A stretch of DNA of 64,000 bases from a virus (Duplodnaviria; Caudoviricetes): positions 37,557 through 101,556 of the IMG/VR virus record IMGVR_UViG_3300020577_009596, one strand, 5' to 3'. The number at the start of each line of letters is the position of its first letter. The first letter of the stretch is position 1. Under the pieces are notes generated by a model. The model saw only the letters and a program-made list of their open reading frames with translations, did not search any database and was not told the origin of the DNA. The translations under genes and the position numbers were made by a program. This document shows, in pieces, positions 1 to 9,572 of the stretch.

Positions 1-748
1 GATCGCTGCGATAGCCGCTGAGAAGGAATCGTCCTTGGAGCGAGCCTCCGGATTCCCGCGACGACACAAGTGCATTGAGCAGAGCTGCGTGCTCACCTTC
101 CGTCATCTCGTGCTCGTATTCGCCCGTGGTCGGGTCGAGGTAGAACAGCGTTCGCGGGCCGTCCTGCGAGCGGATCACTTCAAGAGCCGGTCGGTTCAGG
201 ATCAGGACCCTCCTCATCCGGGCGTGAACCTCAGGCAGTCCCTCGACGCAGCTCAGCCACGCGGACACCTCGGCGTTCATCCCGCGGCGAACTCGCGTCT
301 TCGTGACCGCGGTGAACTCCTTCATCCTCCCGGCGTAGGACTGACGGCACCGGACGAAGAATGTGGCCGCTCTGTGAACCGTCTCCCCGTAGCCGTCCGC
401 TCGAAGTATCGAATTGACGGTCGCCTCGTCGTACTCGGCTTGGCTGAACGGTATCGCGTCGACCAGTCTCTTGAACTGGTTGAACCCCTCGGTAGACTGG
501 AGAGTTCTCCAGAAGTCAGTCAGCCCGCCGTTCAAGTCGTTGGCGACCTCGCTGATCCCCTCCGGGTCGTTCTGGAGGAGGACGCTGCCACCGCCGAAGT
601 ACGGTTCGACGTAGTGGAGGTATCCGTCCGAGTCGCCCCGCGGAGGCATCAGCGAGATGATCCACTCGGTGAGGTAGTGTTTGCCGCCATGCCACTTGAG
701 CGGCGGCGAGACGGGTCGGTACGGAGCCTTCTTGACGAACGGCGGCAT
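1..748 (-). CDS. Dam/D12-class DNA adenine methyltransferase-like protein, truncated at the window edge; catalytic DPPY motif degenerate
   Basis: Not in the ORF track; translated by hand from ATG 748, which overlaps the upstream stop (ATGA). MPPFVKKAPYRPVSPPLKWHGGKHYL...YVEPYFGGGSV...EVANDLNGGL...TLFYLDPTTGEYEHEM...FLLSGY. KWxGGK, EPxxGGGSV and ND motifs are typical of Dam. Confidence 0.85.
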   Translation of the reverse strand, partial: MPPFVKKAPYRPVSPPLKWHGGKHYLTEWIISLMPPRGDSDGYLHYVEPYFGGGSVLLQNDPEGISEVANDLNGGLTDFWRTLQSTEGFNQFKRLVDAIPFSQAEYDEATVNSILRADGYGETVHRAATFFVRCRQSYAGRMKEFTAVTKTRVRRGMNAEVSAWLSCVEGLPEVHARMRRVLILNRPALEVIRSQDGPRTLFYLDPTTGEYEHEMTEGEHAALLNALVSSRESGGSLQGRFLLSGYRSD

Positions 749-1329
749 CACTCCCCCTTGACCTGCTCTTCCAGCTTGGCTCCGCACGCACAGGTCGGGA
801 CCCCGACCTCGCTCACCCACTTGCGGCTCGTCGAGCAGCGGAACCCGCAGTCGCAGACAAGCGTGACTCCGGTCGGCTGCCGCTTGGCCTCGACCGTCTT
901 GAGCTGCATGACCTCGTGCGGGTACTTCCCGAGCCTCCCGACGATCCGCTTGAGGGACTCCTCGAGCCGCTCTCCGGGCATCACCGAGGTCGGCTTGCCC
1001 CGCGTCAGCCCGACGTGACGACAGACCTTGACGAAGCCCCGGCCGTGAGCCGCCTCGACCCCGGCCGCGACGTGGGCCAGCTCGTGACAGACGACCCCGG
1101 CGACCTGGATCGGGTCGGCGATGAGGGGCGTGATGAAGATCTCGTTGAGTCCGGCCGTCGAGGACTCGAGGGCGTGGCACTCACCGAGCACCTGACGCTT
1201 GCCCGGACGACCGCGGCTGATCGGCCACCCGACCGTCAGGCGGAACGGCTTGAGGGCGAACCCCTTGAATAGGGGCGTCACCTCGGTCGACAGGTCGGTC
1301 AGCCACTGCTCGCGGTTCATCGTCGCCAC
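748..1329 (-). CDS. SprT-like zinc metallopeptidase domain protein
   Basis: HELAH (HExxH) followed by HGRGF, with C-terminal CDCG...CACG zinc ligands. Confidence 0.75.
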   Translation of the reverse strand: MATMNREQWLTDLSTEVTPLFKGFALKPFRLTVGWPISRGRPGKRQVLGECHALESSTAGLNEIFITPLIADPIQVAGVVCHELAHVAAGVEAAHGRGFVKVCRHVGLTRGKPTSVMPGERLEESLKRIVGRLGKYPHEVMQLKTVEAKRQPTGVTLVCDCGFRCSTSRKWVSEVGVPTCACGAKLEEQVKGE

Positions 1330-1700
1330 GTCAATCCCTCCCTCCTCGCCTTCCTGCCCAGCGGCTTCTCGTCCCCCGGCGTATACACCCGTCCGAGGAG
1401 GACCCAGTTCGGGTCAGTCTCCATGCTCTTCAGATCGCTCCACCCGCCGTCCTCGAACGTGACCCGGTCCTCACGACGGTTGACCGACTTGACTACGTCG
1501 ACCGCGGCGTAGCCTCTGTGCGCCTTCCTCCCGGTCCTCTTGTCAGCTCGGCGAGGAGGCTGCCAGTTCGCGACATACATCCACGTGTCGCCGACGCAGA
1601 CCCTCGCTCGGAGATTGAGAAGGGTCTGAGCGACTCGCAGGTCGTTCACGACCCTCTCGTGAGCGTCGACCAGCTCTTTGACAGCCTTTACTAGGTTCAT
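1317..1700 (-). CDS. hypothetical protein
   Basis: MNLVKAVKEL... part of ORF 1317..1832; start estimated downstream of a GTTATACT motif. Confidence 0.5.
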   Translation of the reverse strand: MNLVKAVKELVDAHERVVNDLRVAQTLLNLRARVCVGDTWMYVANWQPPRRADKRTGRKAHRGYAAVDVVKSVNRREDRVTFEDGGWSDLKSMETDPNWVLLGRVYTPGDEKPLGRKARREGLTWRR

Positions 1701-1714
1701 GGGTTCTAGTATAA

Positions 1715-1978
1715 CTACTTGGCCTCCTCGTCCGGAGTCGCGTCGAACCGCTCCTTGGACGCCTCGACGTACCGGCCCCGCTCGTCGTCCCAGACGTAGT
1801 AGGTCGTCGGGACCGCGTACTTGCGGAGCCACGTCGCCGGTCGCTTCTTGTCGTACAGACGGTACTCGACCCTGACGTCGGGCCTCGGCTCCTGCCGGGG
1901 CTTGCCGAGGAGGATCGAGACGACCATGATCAGGGCCACAAACCCCGCGGCCGTCAGCACCTTACCGATCTCAGTCAT
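1715..1978 (-). CDS. small protein with an N-terminal transmembrane helix
   Basis: hydrophobic VLTAAGFVALIMVVSILLG; GAGGAGG RBS upstream. Confidence 0.6.
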   Translation of the reverse strand: MTEIGKVLTAAGFVALIMVVSILLGKPRQEPRPDVRVEYRLYDKKRPATWLRKYAVPTTYYVWDDERGRYVEASKERFDATPDEEAK

Positions 1979-2172
1979 GACTCGTCGACCTCCTCAACAG
2001 TACTCCTCGACCTCCATACCTCGCTTGATCAAGATCTAACTGATCTCGCGAATAGCGTCACATGCGTGACAGTCGCAACGCTTGGCCTCGTCCCATCCCC
2101 GCCACTTCAAAGCCTTGATGAGGCGGTGGTCGATCTTCTTACGGTCCTCAGGGGTCAGTCTCTCGTCGTCGA

Positions 2173-4428
2173 TCATGACTTGTCGACCTCCTCCAGGAGG
2201 CGGCGGACCCGGTCGGTGAGCACCCACCTCGGCCGCTCGCCCAGCCCGCTCGCGGTCGTGCTCGGCTCGGTCACGTCCGCCGCCCCGATCTTCTTGAGAA
2301 ACCGGAGCAGGTCCCGGCAGCGGCCGTCCGAGCTGACCGACGGGGTCACGGCGGTGAGATACTTGACCTGCTTGCCGAGGAGCCCCGACGGGTCCTCCTT
2401 GCTCTTTCGAATGAGGCTCCGGGCGAGGTCGAGCGTGACCCCCGCCGCGGTGTCGAGGGCGACCTTGCGGACCCGCCGCATCACCTCCTCGTCGACCTCC
2501 GTCTTGTTGAGGACGACCGCGAGGCAGTGGGCGAGGCGGGTGATCTGGATCGCGAGGCGGGCCGGCATCTCGCGGTTGGCGACCTCCTCCTGCAGCGCAC
2601 TGGGCCGGGCACGCATGAACGAGACGAGCCGGGCGAGCTGCCCGCACCTGCGGAGCCGGTCCTCGGGGAACGTCACCCGCGAGGCGAGATCCTTGGCGTT
2701 GGTCCGCAGGTAGCCGACGTACCCGCCCGTCAGCTGCATCATCTCGACCATGTCCGGGTCGTGCTGGCTCTCCAGCGTCCCGTCGGCCTCGAAGGACATG
2801 TTGCGGTGGGCGCGGTTGACGACCCGCCAGACGATCTCGTCCTCGAGGTCCTCGTCGATCCCCGACATGATCGTGCACTTGAGGAACCGCTCGCCCAGCT
2901 CGGACTGGTCCATCTGCCGGAGGGAGTCGGTCCCGCACAGGATCCACACCATCCGGATGCCGGTGTAGTCCCGGCTCGTCATGTTCCGGGCGGAGGTGCG
3001 GCTGGAGCCGTCGTAGATGTCGCGGGCCTGGCTGAGGATCCGGCCGAGGTCGTCGGCCTTGAGGAGCGTGTCGCCGTCCTTGGTGACCAACGCCATGTCG
3101 TACAGCTTCTTGACGAGCGAGTGGTCCTCGGTCCCGTCGGCGTCGGTCTGGTAGTTGCTGTGGAACCCCTTGAACGTGCTCACCGCCTTGACGAACTTGC
3201 GGTTGATCGAGAGGGCCTCGCACAGCACAGTCTTTCCTGTCGACGGCGGCGAGATGATCATGGGCCAGATCGGGTCGCCGAGCAGCTTGGTCGACGCGAT
3301 CGAGGCCAGCATGACGGAGAACGCCACGTCGAGCCCGTCCGTCCACCGCATCGCCTTCCGGCAGGCCGTCACGAGGCTCCTCCAGTTGTCGCACGGCTTG
3401 CAGTGGATCTCGACGTCGCCCTCCGCCGCGGGGGTCTCGCCGTCCGGGAGCCGCTCGCCAGGAACGAACGCGGACGGAACCGGCTTGACCCGCTCGAGCA
3501 GGCCGCCGAGGATCCGTACCCGGTCGGCCGCGTCGGTCCCGTCCCGCAGGGCGTCCCGGAGGTCGTAGCCGGAGGGCACGTCGGGGTCGAACCCGAGGTC
3601 GCCCCAGCGGAGGTAGCGGACCTCCCGTGGGCACTCGTCCGCGGCCCCGAGGATGCCGACCGCCCGCTTCATCGCCGCGAACCCGGACGGCTCGATCGTC
3701 CGCCCCTCGTGCTCGCGGGGGTGGTCCGAGTCGAACATCAGGCTCACCCGCTTGCCGCCGAGGAGCGGAGCCCACCGCTTCAAGGGCTCGCCCACCGACC
3801 CGCAGCCGGGGATCGCCATCACGTTCACCTGCCGGGCCAGCGTCGACCCGCTCGTCGTGTACGCGAGGCCGTCCGAGTCCCTCCGGGCGTTGCCCATCGC
3901 CTCCTGCAGGGCCATCCCGTCCCACGGCCCCTCGACGACCCAGACCTCCTGCCGCTTGGCGTCCCACGCCGACCGGTGGAAGCCGTGGCCGAGGGTCGGG
4001 GTCGGGTAGAGCGTGCCCTTGCCGGTGACCCGGTCGCGGACGTACTTGTAGAGCTGGACCAGCTTCCCCTCGGCGTTGTAGCCTGGGAGCAGCGGGGTTT
4101 GGGTCCGGTCGAACCGCACGCCCCACTCGCGGAGCGTCTCCCACCGCAGCAGCCCGCGGCCCTCGGCGAGCGTCCGGTACAGGGACTCGTCCTGGCTCGC
4201 CCCCTCCCACACGGCGCGGACGAACGTGGTCGCGTTCCCGGCTCCCTTCTCATTTCCCGTCCCGCAGACGAAGCACTTGAATATCCCGGTCTTGACCTCG
4301 ACCCGGAGCTTCTTGGCCTTCCCGCAGAACGGGCACTCGCCGGTCGCCCACTCCGCGTCCCCTTCGTGCTCGAGTCGGACTCCGTGGAACGTGTAGGGCT
4401 TGAGCATCTTGGGCACTTCCGTCGTCAT
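2173..4428 (-). CDS. DNA primase-helicase (zinc finger + TOPRIM + P-loop ATPase)
   Basis: CPFC...CFVC zinc finger; TOPRIM VVEGPWDGMAL and MFDSD; Walker A SPPSTGKT. Confidence 0.85.
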   Translation of the reverse strand: MTTEVPKMLKPYTFHGVRLEHEGDAEWATGECPFCGKAKKLRVEVKTGIFKCFVCGTGNEKGAGNATTFVRAVWEGASQDESLYRTLAEGRGLLRWETLREWGVRFDRTQTPLLPGYNAEGKLVQLYKYVRDRVTGKGTLYPTPTLGHGFHRSAWDAKRQEVWVVEGPWDGMALQEAMGNARRDSDGLAYTTSGSTLARQVNVMAIPGCGSVGEPLKRWAPLLGGKRVSLMFDSDHPREHEGRTIEPSGFAAMKRAVGILGAADECPREVRYLRWGDLGFDPDVPSGYDLRDALRDGTDAADRVRILGGLLERVKPVPSAFVPGERLPDGETPAAEGDVEIHCKPCDNWRSLVTACRKAMRWTDGLDVAFSVMLASIASTKLLGDPIWPMIISPPSTGKTVLCEALSINRKFVKAVSTFKGFHSNYQTDADGTEDHSLVKKLYDMALVTKDGDTLLKADDLGRILSQARDIYDGSSRTSARNMTSRDYTGIRMVWILCGTDSLRQMDQSELGERFLKCTIMSGIDEDLEDEIVWRVVNRAHRNMSFEADGTLESQHDPDMVEMMQLTGGYVGYLRTNAKDLASRVTFPEDRLRRCGQLARLVSFMRARPSALQEEVANREMPARLAIQITRLAHCLAVVLNKTEVDEEVMRRVRKVALDTAAGVTLDLARSLIRKSKEDPSGLLGKQVKYLTAVTPSVSSDGRCRDLLRFLKKIGAADVTEPSTTASGLGERPRWVLTDRVRRLLEEVDKS

Positions 4429-4455
4429 CAGCTAGCCTTTCGCGTAGTGAGTTCG

Positions 4456-6993
4456 TCACGCCGTAGCAGTCGCTATTCTCAAGAGGTCCGTCAGTGAATC
4501 ACGAACTCGGTCCGCTGTCCAAGCTACCTCTGCCAGCCGCCGACGTTGGGCAGATGCGAGTGAACGTAGACCGATCTCACCCAGTCGTTCTACCGCCGAC
4601 CGGTCGCTCGCCTTGAGATATGGGTCACCGAGGCAGGCAGCCTCAGCCGGGTCCGCATTCAGTACACAGCCCGCGTCTGCAGCCATCAAGTACCGTACTC
4701 GCCACCATCCGCTCCCGGCGTGAGGGTGCGCCGGGCTGATCACCCCCCACGCTCGTTCGTAGACGGTGAACAGTTCTGACTCTGGGAGCCGAGGCTGCGC
4801 GTTCTCACCGGCAGGGCCGATACCGCCCTCGCTGTGGTCTGAGTTGCCGTAACCTTCGACCGGCCACGTCGACGCAGTGAGCGGCTTACGGAGTAACGAC
4901 GCCTGTACCCATCGCTTCTCCTTACTGCCCGCGTAAGTCCTGTCGTACCTCAACGCGAATGGCGTCGGATCTACGCTGACGACGACGTCCGACGGGATCC
5001 CGAGGAGTGAGACATCACCGTCACCGAGGACCGGGACCAGTACCGATCTCTGCCATCTCTCGGTCATACTGATGACGGTCTCGTGAACGATCGTCTTCGT
5101 TCTCTGATCGATGTCAGATCCGCGTAGTCTGAACAGTCTCTCCGCTGACCTGGCGCACGTCTGTAGTCCTGATATCAATTCGCCGACTTGCCAGTCGTCG
5201 ATAGCGACTACTGCGTCGGATCGTTGCGACAACGCCCACGCCGCGCCGTGAAAGTAGTTCGACGTGATCGAGTTCGGCTTGTTAAGACACGCGACGACAG
5301 CGTCATAGGCTGACAGGTCTTCTCCGGGCGTCACGGCTCGCCAGTCCACCGCATAGCCCATCGACTCGAACGCGGCGGCCCAGCAAGACGCTGCGGTGAC
5401 GATCTTGAGCTGAGTCTTCTTCGATCCGACTTGCATCGGCGTCGAGCCGGTCAGTAGCAGGGTCGGCTTCCCGTAACCGTCGAACCGCCTTATCGTTGCG
5501 GTCCCCAGCGTCTCGCGCGGTTGGGGCGTCCTCGTCACGACTTTCTTCGGCCACGGCGGGACGTCGGCCGTCCCGGCCTCTACGAGTTTCTTGTAGTTGT
5601 AGTAGACGTCGTTTACGCGAGTGGTACGACCTTCCCAGTTTGCGTGGACTAGTTCTACCAGTCGCTCGGGCGAGTACTGACCAGTCATCCATAGACGTCG
5701 GATGAACTCGCCAGACCCTTCGCGGATCTTCGGGCGCTCCGGGTCGCCGTCGTCCCGAACCGTAGGAGACGAGACGATCGGCTCAGGGTCCGACCGCCGC
5801 GAGGTCTTCGTGGGCCGTCGACTATCTCGCTGAGCGACCGCGATGGACGTCTCGAGGCAACTATCCAGAGTCGACGAAGAATCGGAGTCGGCGTAGCTGG
5901 CCGTCAGGTCGATCGCGTCCAGTCCAGGGCGTCTCAGATCGACTACCGTGACGGTCTGGCCATAGTCTACTGAGGACGCTGCCATCGCGGCCCGTACGGA
6001 CGTCGCGAGCCACTCACCGACGTTTGGCATGACCGCCCGCGCGAGTAGTGACGCGTGACCTCCCGGCGACCCTTCGAGCCAGAAGTCTTGAGGGTATCCG
6101 CACAAGGCTCGCATCTCACGCGTCCCTACGAACCTGTCCTGTTCAGGGTGCGCGTAGAAGTTACCGATGAACGCTCCCATCGTCTCGTCGTGACGGAGCC
6201 GTCGGCAGTTGAAACTCGGACGGCCCGACACCTTTCCTTGGGCATTCCGCGTCGGGTTCTCGACCGTCCTGTCAAACACGTCAGAGAGACGTTCGCCGGG
6301 TCGGCACTGAGGTATCCACTGAGACGGGTTCGCCCTACCTTTGGACGACTTCCCGCACTCGTACTCGCCTGGATCGTCTCCGACTGACGCGAGGACCTCG
6401 CCTACCGACGGCGGGTCTGCGAAGTCGAAGTCGAATCGTAAGTCCAGTTCTGGGCGATAAGCCACGAAGAAGAATCGTTTACGGGACTGAGGGAGCCCAG
6501 TCCACTTGGCGTCGATCAGTAAGTGAACGACCGAGTAGCCGTTCGCGGTAGCTTTCAGGGTGAAGGCGTCGACGACTTCCCTCCCTTTGGTGTAAGCCTG
6601 GCATACCGACTCGAGAGCAAACACCTTCGGCCGAACGACATCGAACACTCGGAACGCCCGATACCAGCAACCGAGACGCGGGTCTTCCCTCCACGCTTCC
6701 GGCCCCCGCGTCGTACTGATCCCCGCGCTACTAAAGATGGCACACGGCGGGTTCGACACGAGCAAGTCGGTCCGTCCCGCAAACTCCTCGGGAGACCAGT
6801 TCTCGCTTCCCACCCTGACGTCGAGGTCGGGCCAATTCGCCTTGGCCGTCGCGACCCCATAGTCGGTGTCCTCGAGATGAGCGAGGACGTCGAACCCCGC
6901 CGCCTTGACCCCGACGGTGAACCCCCCGGCGAAGATGTGAACTCCCAAGGCGGTGGGGCGTCTCTCCACAGACTTCTTCACGAACGGCGGCAT
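4456..6993 (-). CDS. fusion of DNA cytosine-C5 methyltransferase (N-terminal) and putative GT-B/BGT-like glycosyltransferase (C-terminal)
   Basis: Start MPPFVKK at 6993 after GGAGG. C5-MTase motifs HIFAGGF (I), SNPPCAIFS (IV), ALESV (VI), QSRKRFFF (VIII), ARAVMPNVG (X). C-terminal LLLTGST...IDDWQ...SPAHPHAGSGWWRVRY resembles phage DNA glycosyltransferases (less certain). Confidence 0.75.
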   Translation of the reverse strand: MPPFVKKSVERRPTALGVHIFAGGFTVGVKAAGFDVLAHLEDTDYGVATAKANWPDLDVRVGSENWSPEEFAGRTDLLVSNPPCAIFSSAGISTTRGPEAWREDPRLGCWYRAFRVFDVVRPKVFALESVCQAYTKGREVVDAFTLKATANGYSVVHLLIDAKWTGLPQSRKRFFFVAYRPELDLRFDFDFADPPSVGEVLASVGDDPGEYECGKSSKGRANPSQWIPQCRPGERLSDVFDRTVENPTRNAQGKVSGRPSFNCRRLRHDETMGAFIGNFYAHPEQDRFVGTREMRALCGYPQDFWLEGSPGGHASLLARAVMPNVGEWLATSVRAAMAASSVDYGQTVTVVDLRRPGLDAIDLTASYADSDSSSTLDSCLETSIAVAQRDSRRPTKTSRRSDPEPIVSSPTVRDDGDPERPKIREGSGEFIRRLWMTGQYSPERLVELVHANWEGRTTRVNDVYYNYKKLVEAGTADVPPWPKKVVTRTPQPRETLGTATIRRFDGYGKPTLLLTGSTPMQVGSKKTQLKIVTAASCWAAAFESMGYAVDWRAVTPGEDLSAYDAVVACLNKPNSITSNYFHGAAWALSQRSDAVVAIDDWQVGELISGLQTCARSAERLFRLRGSDIDQRTKTIVHETVISMTERWQRSVLVPVLGDGDVSLLGIPSDVVVSVDPTPFALRYDRTYAGSKEKRWVQASLLRKPLTASTWPVEGYGNSDHSEGGIGPAGENAQPRLPESELFTVYERAWGVISPAHPHAGSGWWRVRYLMAADAGCVLNADPAEAACLGDPYLKASDRSAVERLGEIGLRSLASAQRRRLAEVAWTADRVRDSLTDLLRIATATA

Positions 6994-7472
6994 GCGGTCC
7001 CTCCCAGGACTGTCTCGGACAAGAGGTCTCTCAGAGCGGCGACCCGACGCGGGTCGTTCCACCAGCGGTTCAGGCCTGACGGGTGGGGCACCGGGACTAC
7101 CGGGCGGCCCAGAGCCGGGGCGTGGACGGTCCGACCGTAGACCTCGGCGAGGGGGTTCCCCCTCCGCACCGCGCTCACGGCCGCGAGGGCGAGCCCTCCC
7201 GCGACGTACACGACCGGCCTCTCGGCGACGACGTCGACCAGTCTCGTCGCGACGCGAGCCGCGAGGTCCGCGTCCCACGGGTCGCCCTGAGACCCCGGCG
7301 GGTGGACGTTCAGACGGTCGCAGGCGTCGAGACTGAGGCCGATCCTGGCCAGCTTGACGCCGTCGGCCTCGTCGAACGCTCCGTCCCCGACGCACGCGGT
7401 CGCCCACTCGAGGGCGTCCCACTCCCTCGCCGACGGGCGGTTCCGCCTCTCGCCGATCAGGAGCGGTCTCAC
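6978..7472 (-). CDS. uracil-DNA glycosylase superfamily-like protein
   Basis: GTG start overlapping the upstream stop; LLIGE near the N-terminus and VPHPSGLNRWWN near the C-terminus. Confidence 0.6.
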   Translation of the reverse strand: MRPLLIGERRNRPSAREWDALEWATACVGDGAFDEADGVKLARIGLSLDACDRLNVHPPGSQGDPWDADLAARVATRLVDVVAERPVVYVAGGLALAAVSAVRRGNPLAEVYGRTVHAPALGRPVVPVPHPSGLNRWWNDPRRVAALRDLLSETVLGGTACRRS

Positions 7473-7933
7473 AGCCTCTCCCTCCAGCTCGCGACGACGA
7501 CTCCGGCCCGCCTCAGCACGTCGAGGCCCTCGGGCAGCCGGTACTCGTCCCGGTACAGGACGGCGGCGACCGACCCGCTGTTGACGATCGCCCCCGCACA
7601 CTGCTCGCAGGGCGACGCGGTGACGATCAGGACGAGGTCGGTCCCCGGCAGTCGCGGCTTGCTCAGCGCGGACGCCTCGCCGTGGCAGCACCCGCATAGC
7701 CCCGGCGAGTCGCGACGGCAGCCGTCGTTCGGCAGACCGGCGGGGGGGCCGTTGTACCCCACCGCGGCGACCGACGACAGGTCCGAGGTCACGGCCACGC
7801 AGCCGACCTGAAGTCGCCTGCAGGTCGACAGGGCCGCGAGGCTCTCGGCCAGCCCGGCGAACGCCCGCAGCTTGGCCCTCAGCCGGTCGTCTCCGGGAGT
7901 CCTCCCCGACAGGTAGTCGAGCGTCCTGCTCAC
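7469..7933 (-). CDS. dCMP deaminase
   Basis: STCRRLQVGCV, GYNGPPAG, CHGEASAL (HxE), SPCEQC (PCxxC). Confidence 0.9.
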   Translation of the reverse strand: MSRTLDYLSGRTPGDDRLRAKLRAFAGLAESLAALSTCRRLQVGCVAVTSDLSSVAAVGYNGPPAGLPNDGCRRDSPGLCGCCHGEASALSKPRLPGTDLVLIVTASPCEQCAGAIVNSGSVAAVLYRDEYRLPEGLDVLRRAGVVVASWRERL

Positions 7934-8271
7934 GGCGAGCCCTCCTCGACCTTCACTCCCGACTTGGCGGCGAGGTCCTTGACGAGCGCGTCGCCGAGGA
8001 TCGCGTAGTTGGCCAGGTCGACGAACCGGCCGTGGATCGACTCGGAGGACACCTTGCCGTCCTTGCTGTACCGCATGATCGCCGTCACGTGCTTCATCAT
8101 CAGCACCATCCAGGCCTGGAACGGCGTGCAGCCGCTCGCCTGGGACAGCTCGTAGTAGTTCCGCATCGCGTCGTCCGTGCCCGCGCTGTAGTCCGCGTTC
8201 TTGGCGGCAGTGACGGCCCGCATCTCCTCGGTGAACGCGAGGACGTGGGCGGCGTAGTCCGGGTGGGTCAT
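7930..8271 (-). CDS. nucleotide-modification-associated domain 1 (DUF1599-like) protein
   Basis: AKNADYS...DAMRNY...KH...ESIHGRFVDLANY pattern. Confidence 0.65.
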   Translation of the reverse strand: MTHPDYAAHVLAFTEEMRAVTAAKNADYSAGTDDAMRNYYELSQASGCTPFQAWMVLMMKHVTAIMRYSKDGKVSSESIHGRFVDLANYAILGDALVKDLAAKSGVKVEEGSP

Positions 8272-8663
8272 CGCGGGAACACCTCCGAGAGCAGGCCGAC
8301 GTTGTCGGCGTGAGTGGGGGCGACCCAGCCCTCGGGCTTGACGAGGTCGGGGTGTCCGAACCGGCTGGGACGCTTGGGGTTCGAGCCCGCCATCTTACTC
8401 GAGTTCGCGGCCATGACGCGGGACCAGGCCTCGCCGACGTCGACTCCGTAGAGGTCGAGCGTGCCGACCGCCACGACGCACAGGTCAATCAGGGCGTCCA
8501 CGGCGTCACAGGCCGTCGTCGCGGCCTCGAGCTCCCCCAGCTCCTCCCTGAGGAACGCGACCCGAAACCGGAGGAAGTCGGCCAGGAGGGCCGGATCCAT
8601 CCCCGAGACGGTGATCCCGAACCTCTCGTGCATGAGGTGTAAGTCCTTGTGCCAGCTCGTCAT
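8268..8663 (-). CDS. MazG-like/all-alpha NTP pyrophosphatase
   Basis: FLREELGEL...AVDALIDL...VMAANSSK...DLVKPEGW. Confidence 0.8.
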   Translation of the reverse strand: MTSWHKDLHLMHERFGITVSGMDPALLADFLRFRVAFLREELGELEAATTACDAVDALIDLCVVAVGTLDLYGVDVGEAWSRVMAANSSKMAGSNPKRPSRFGHPDLVKPEGWVAPTHADNVGLLSEVFPR

Positions 8664-8725
8664 GAGGCCAGACCTCCGTGAACTTCAGAGAAAATTGATC
8701 CAGTGCGCTGTACTTCAACGAGTCA

Positions 8726-8747
8726 CAGGTTATAGTATTATAACCTG
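8726..8747. promoter_or_regulatory. near-perfect palindrome with -10-like boxes on both strands at a divergent junction
   Basis: CAGGTTATAGTATTATAACCTG lies between divergent starts at 8663(-) and 8811(+). Confidence 0.65.
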
Positions 8748-8810
8748 AGGCGAACGGGCGACCCGACCGGCCCGCCGCCCCCCACAGACCAGGTCGGCCA
8801 GGAGACCGAA

Positions 8811-9311
8811 ATGAGCCAGGAGACCGAGACCGCCCAAGCCACCGTGACTGACAAGGCCGCAGCCGCCGGGATGACCGTCAAGGACGGAGTGCTCCACGGC
8901 AAGAACGGTACCCCGATCGGCAAGGTTGCGACCGAGTCGTCCAAGAAGACCGACCCGACGCCGAAGACGACCTCGCCCAAGCAGTCGTCGCCCAAGCCAA
9001 AGACTTCCAAGAAGACTCCCGCCGTCACGGCGAAAGTCCGTAGCGTCGGCGACACGGACATGAGCCCGACCCAACGACGCCTCGCGGTGATCAAGGCGAT
9101 GCGGAAGATCGGCGCGGTGTCCGCGACTACGGCCGCGACCGCAGACCTCCTCGCCGAGAAATCCGGTCTCACTCGATTCGACGTCTACGGGCAGTTGTAT
9201 CACGCGAATCCCCTGCAGAAGAACGGGTTCGTCAAGCAGGTCCAGGTCGAGGGCGTCCGCGGGCTGTCCTACCACCTGACCGCCAAGGGCCAGAAGTCCG
9301 ACCCGGAATGA
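8811..9311 (+). CDS. putative winged-helix DNA-binding protein with Lys/Thr/Pro-rich N-terminus
   Basis: AGGAG RBS; C-terminal TADLLAEKSGLTRFDV...GFVKQV...YHLTAKG looks like a wHTH. Confidence 0.6.
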   Translation: MSQETETAQATVTDKAAAAGMTVKDGVLHGKNGTPIGKVATESSKKTDPTPKTTSPKQSSPKPKTSKKTPAVTAKVRSVGDTDMSPTQRRLAVIKAMRKIGAVSATTAATADLLAEKSGLTRFDVYGQLYHANPLQKNGFVKQVQVEGVRGLSYHLTAKGQKSDPE

Positions 9312-9371
9312 CCCGACCGGACGCCGACTCACCGACCTCCCTCCAGGGAGGTCCCTCTCGAGGAAACCGCA

Positions 9372-9572
9372 ATGACGACTCTCACGACCGACCTCGCCGA
9401 GGAGTTCTCCGTCTGGAGCGGCGGGCACGAGTTCGACGAGGTCCCTCCCGACGAGCGGGAGTGGTTCGCCGACGGGCGGTCCGAGGAGGACGTCCGCGCG
9501 GTGTTCGCCGACCAGCCCGAGGACGTCCTCGAGGGGCTCGTCCTACGGCTGGCGGTTGGCGACGAACAGTGA
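9372..9572 (+). CDS. small acidic hypothetical protein
   Basis: GAGG RBS; phage-like codon usage. Confidence 0.5.
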   Translation: MTTLTTDLAEEFSVWSGGHEFDEVPPDEREWFADGRSEEDVRAVFADQPEDVLEGLVLRLAVGDEQ

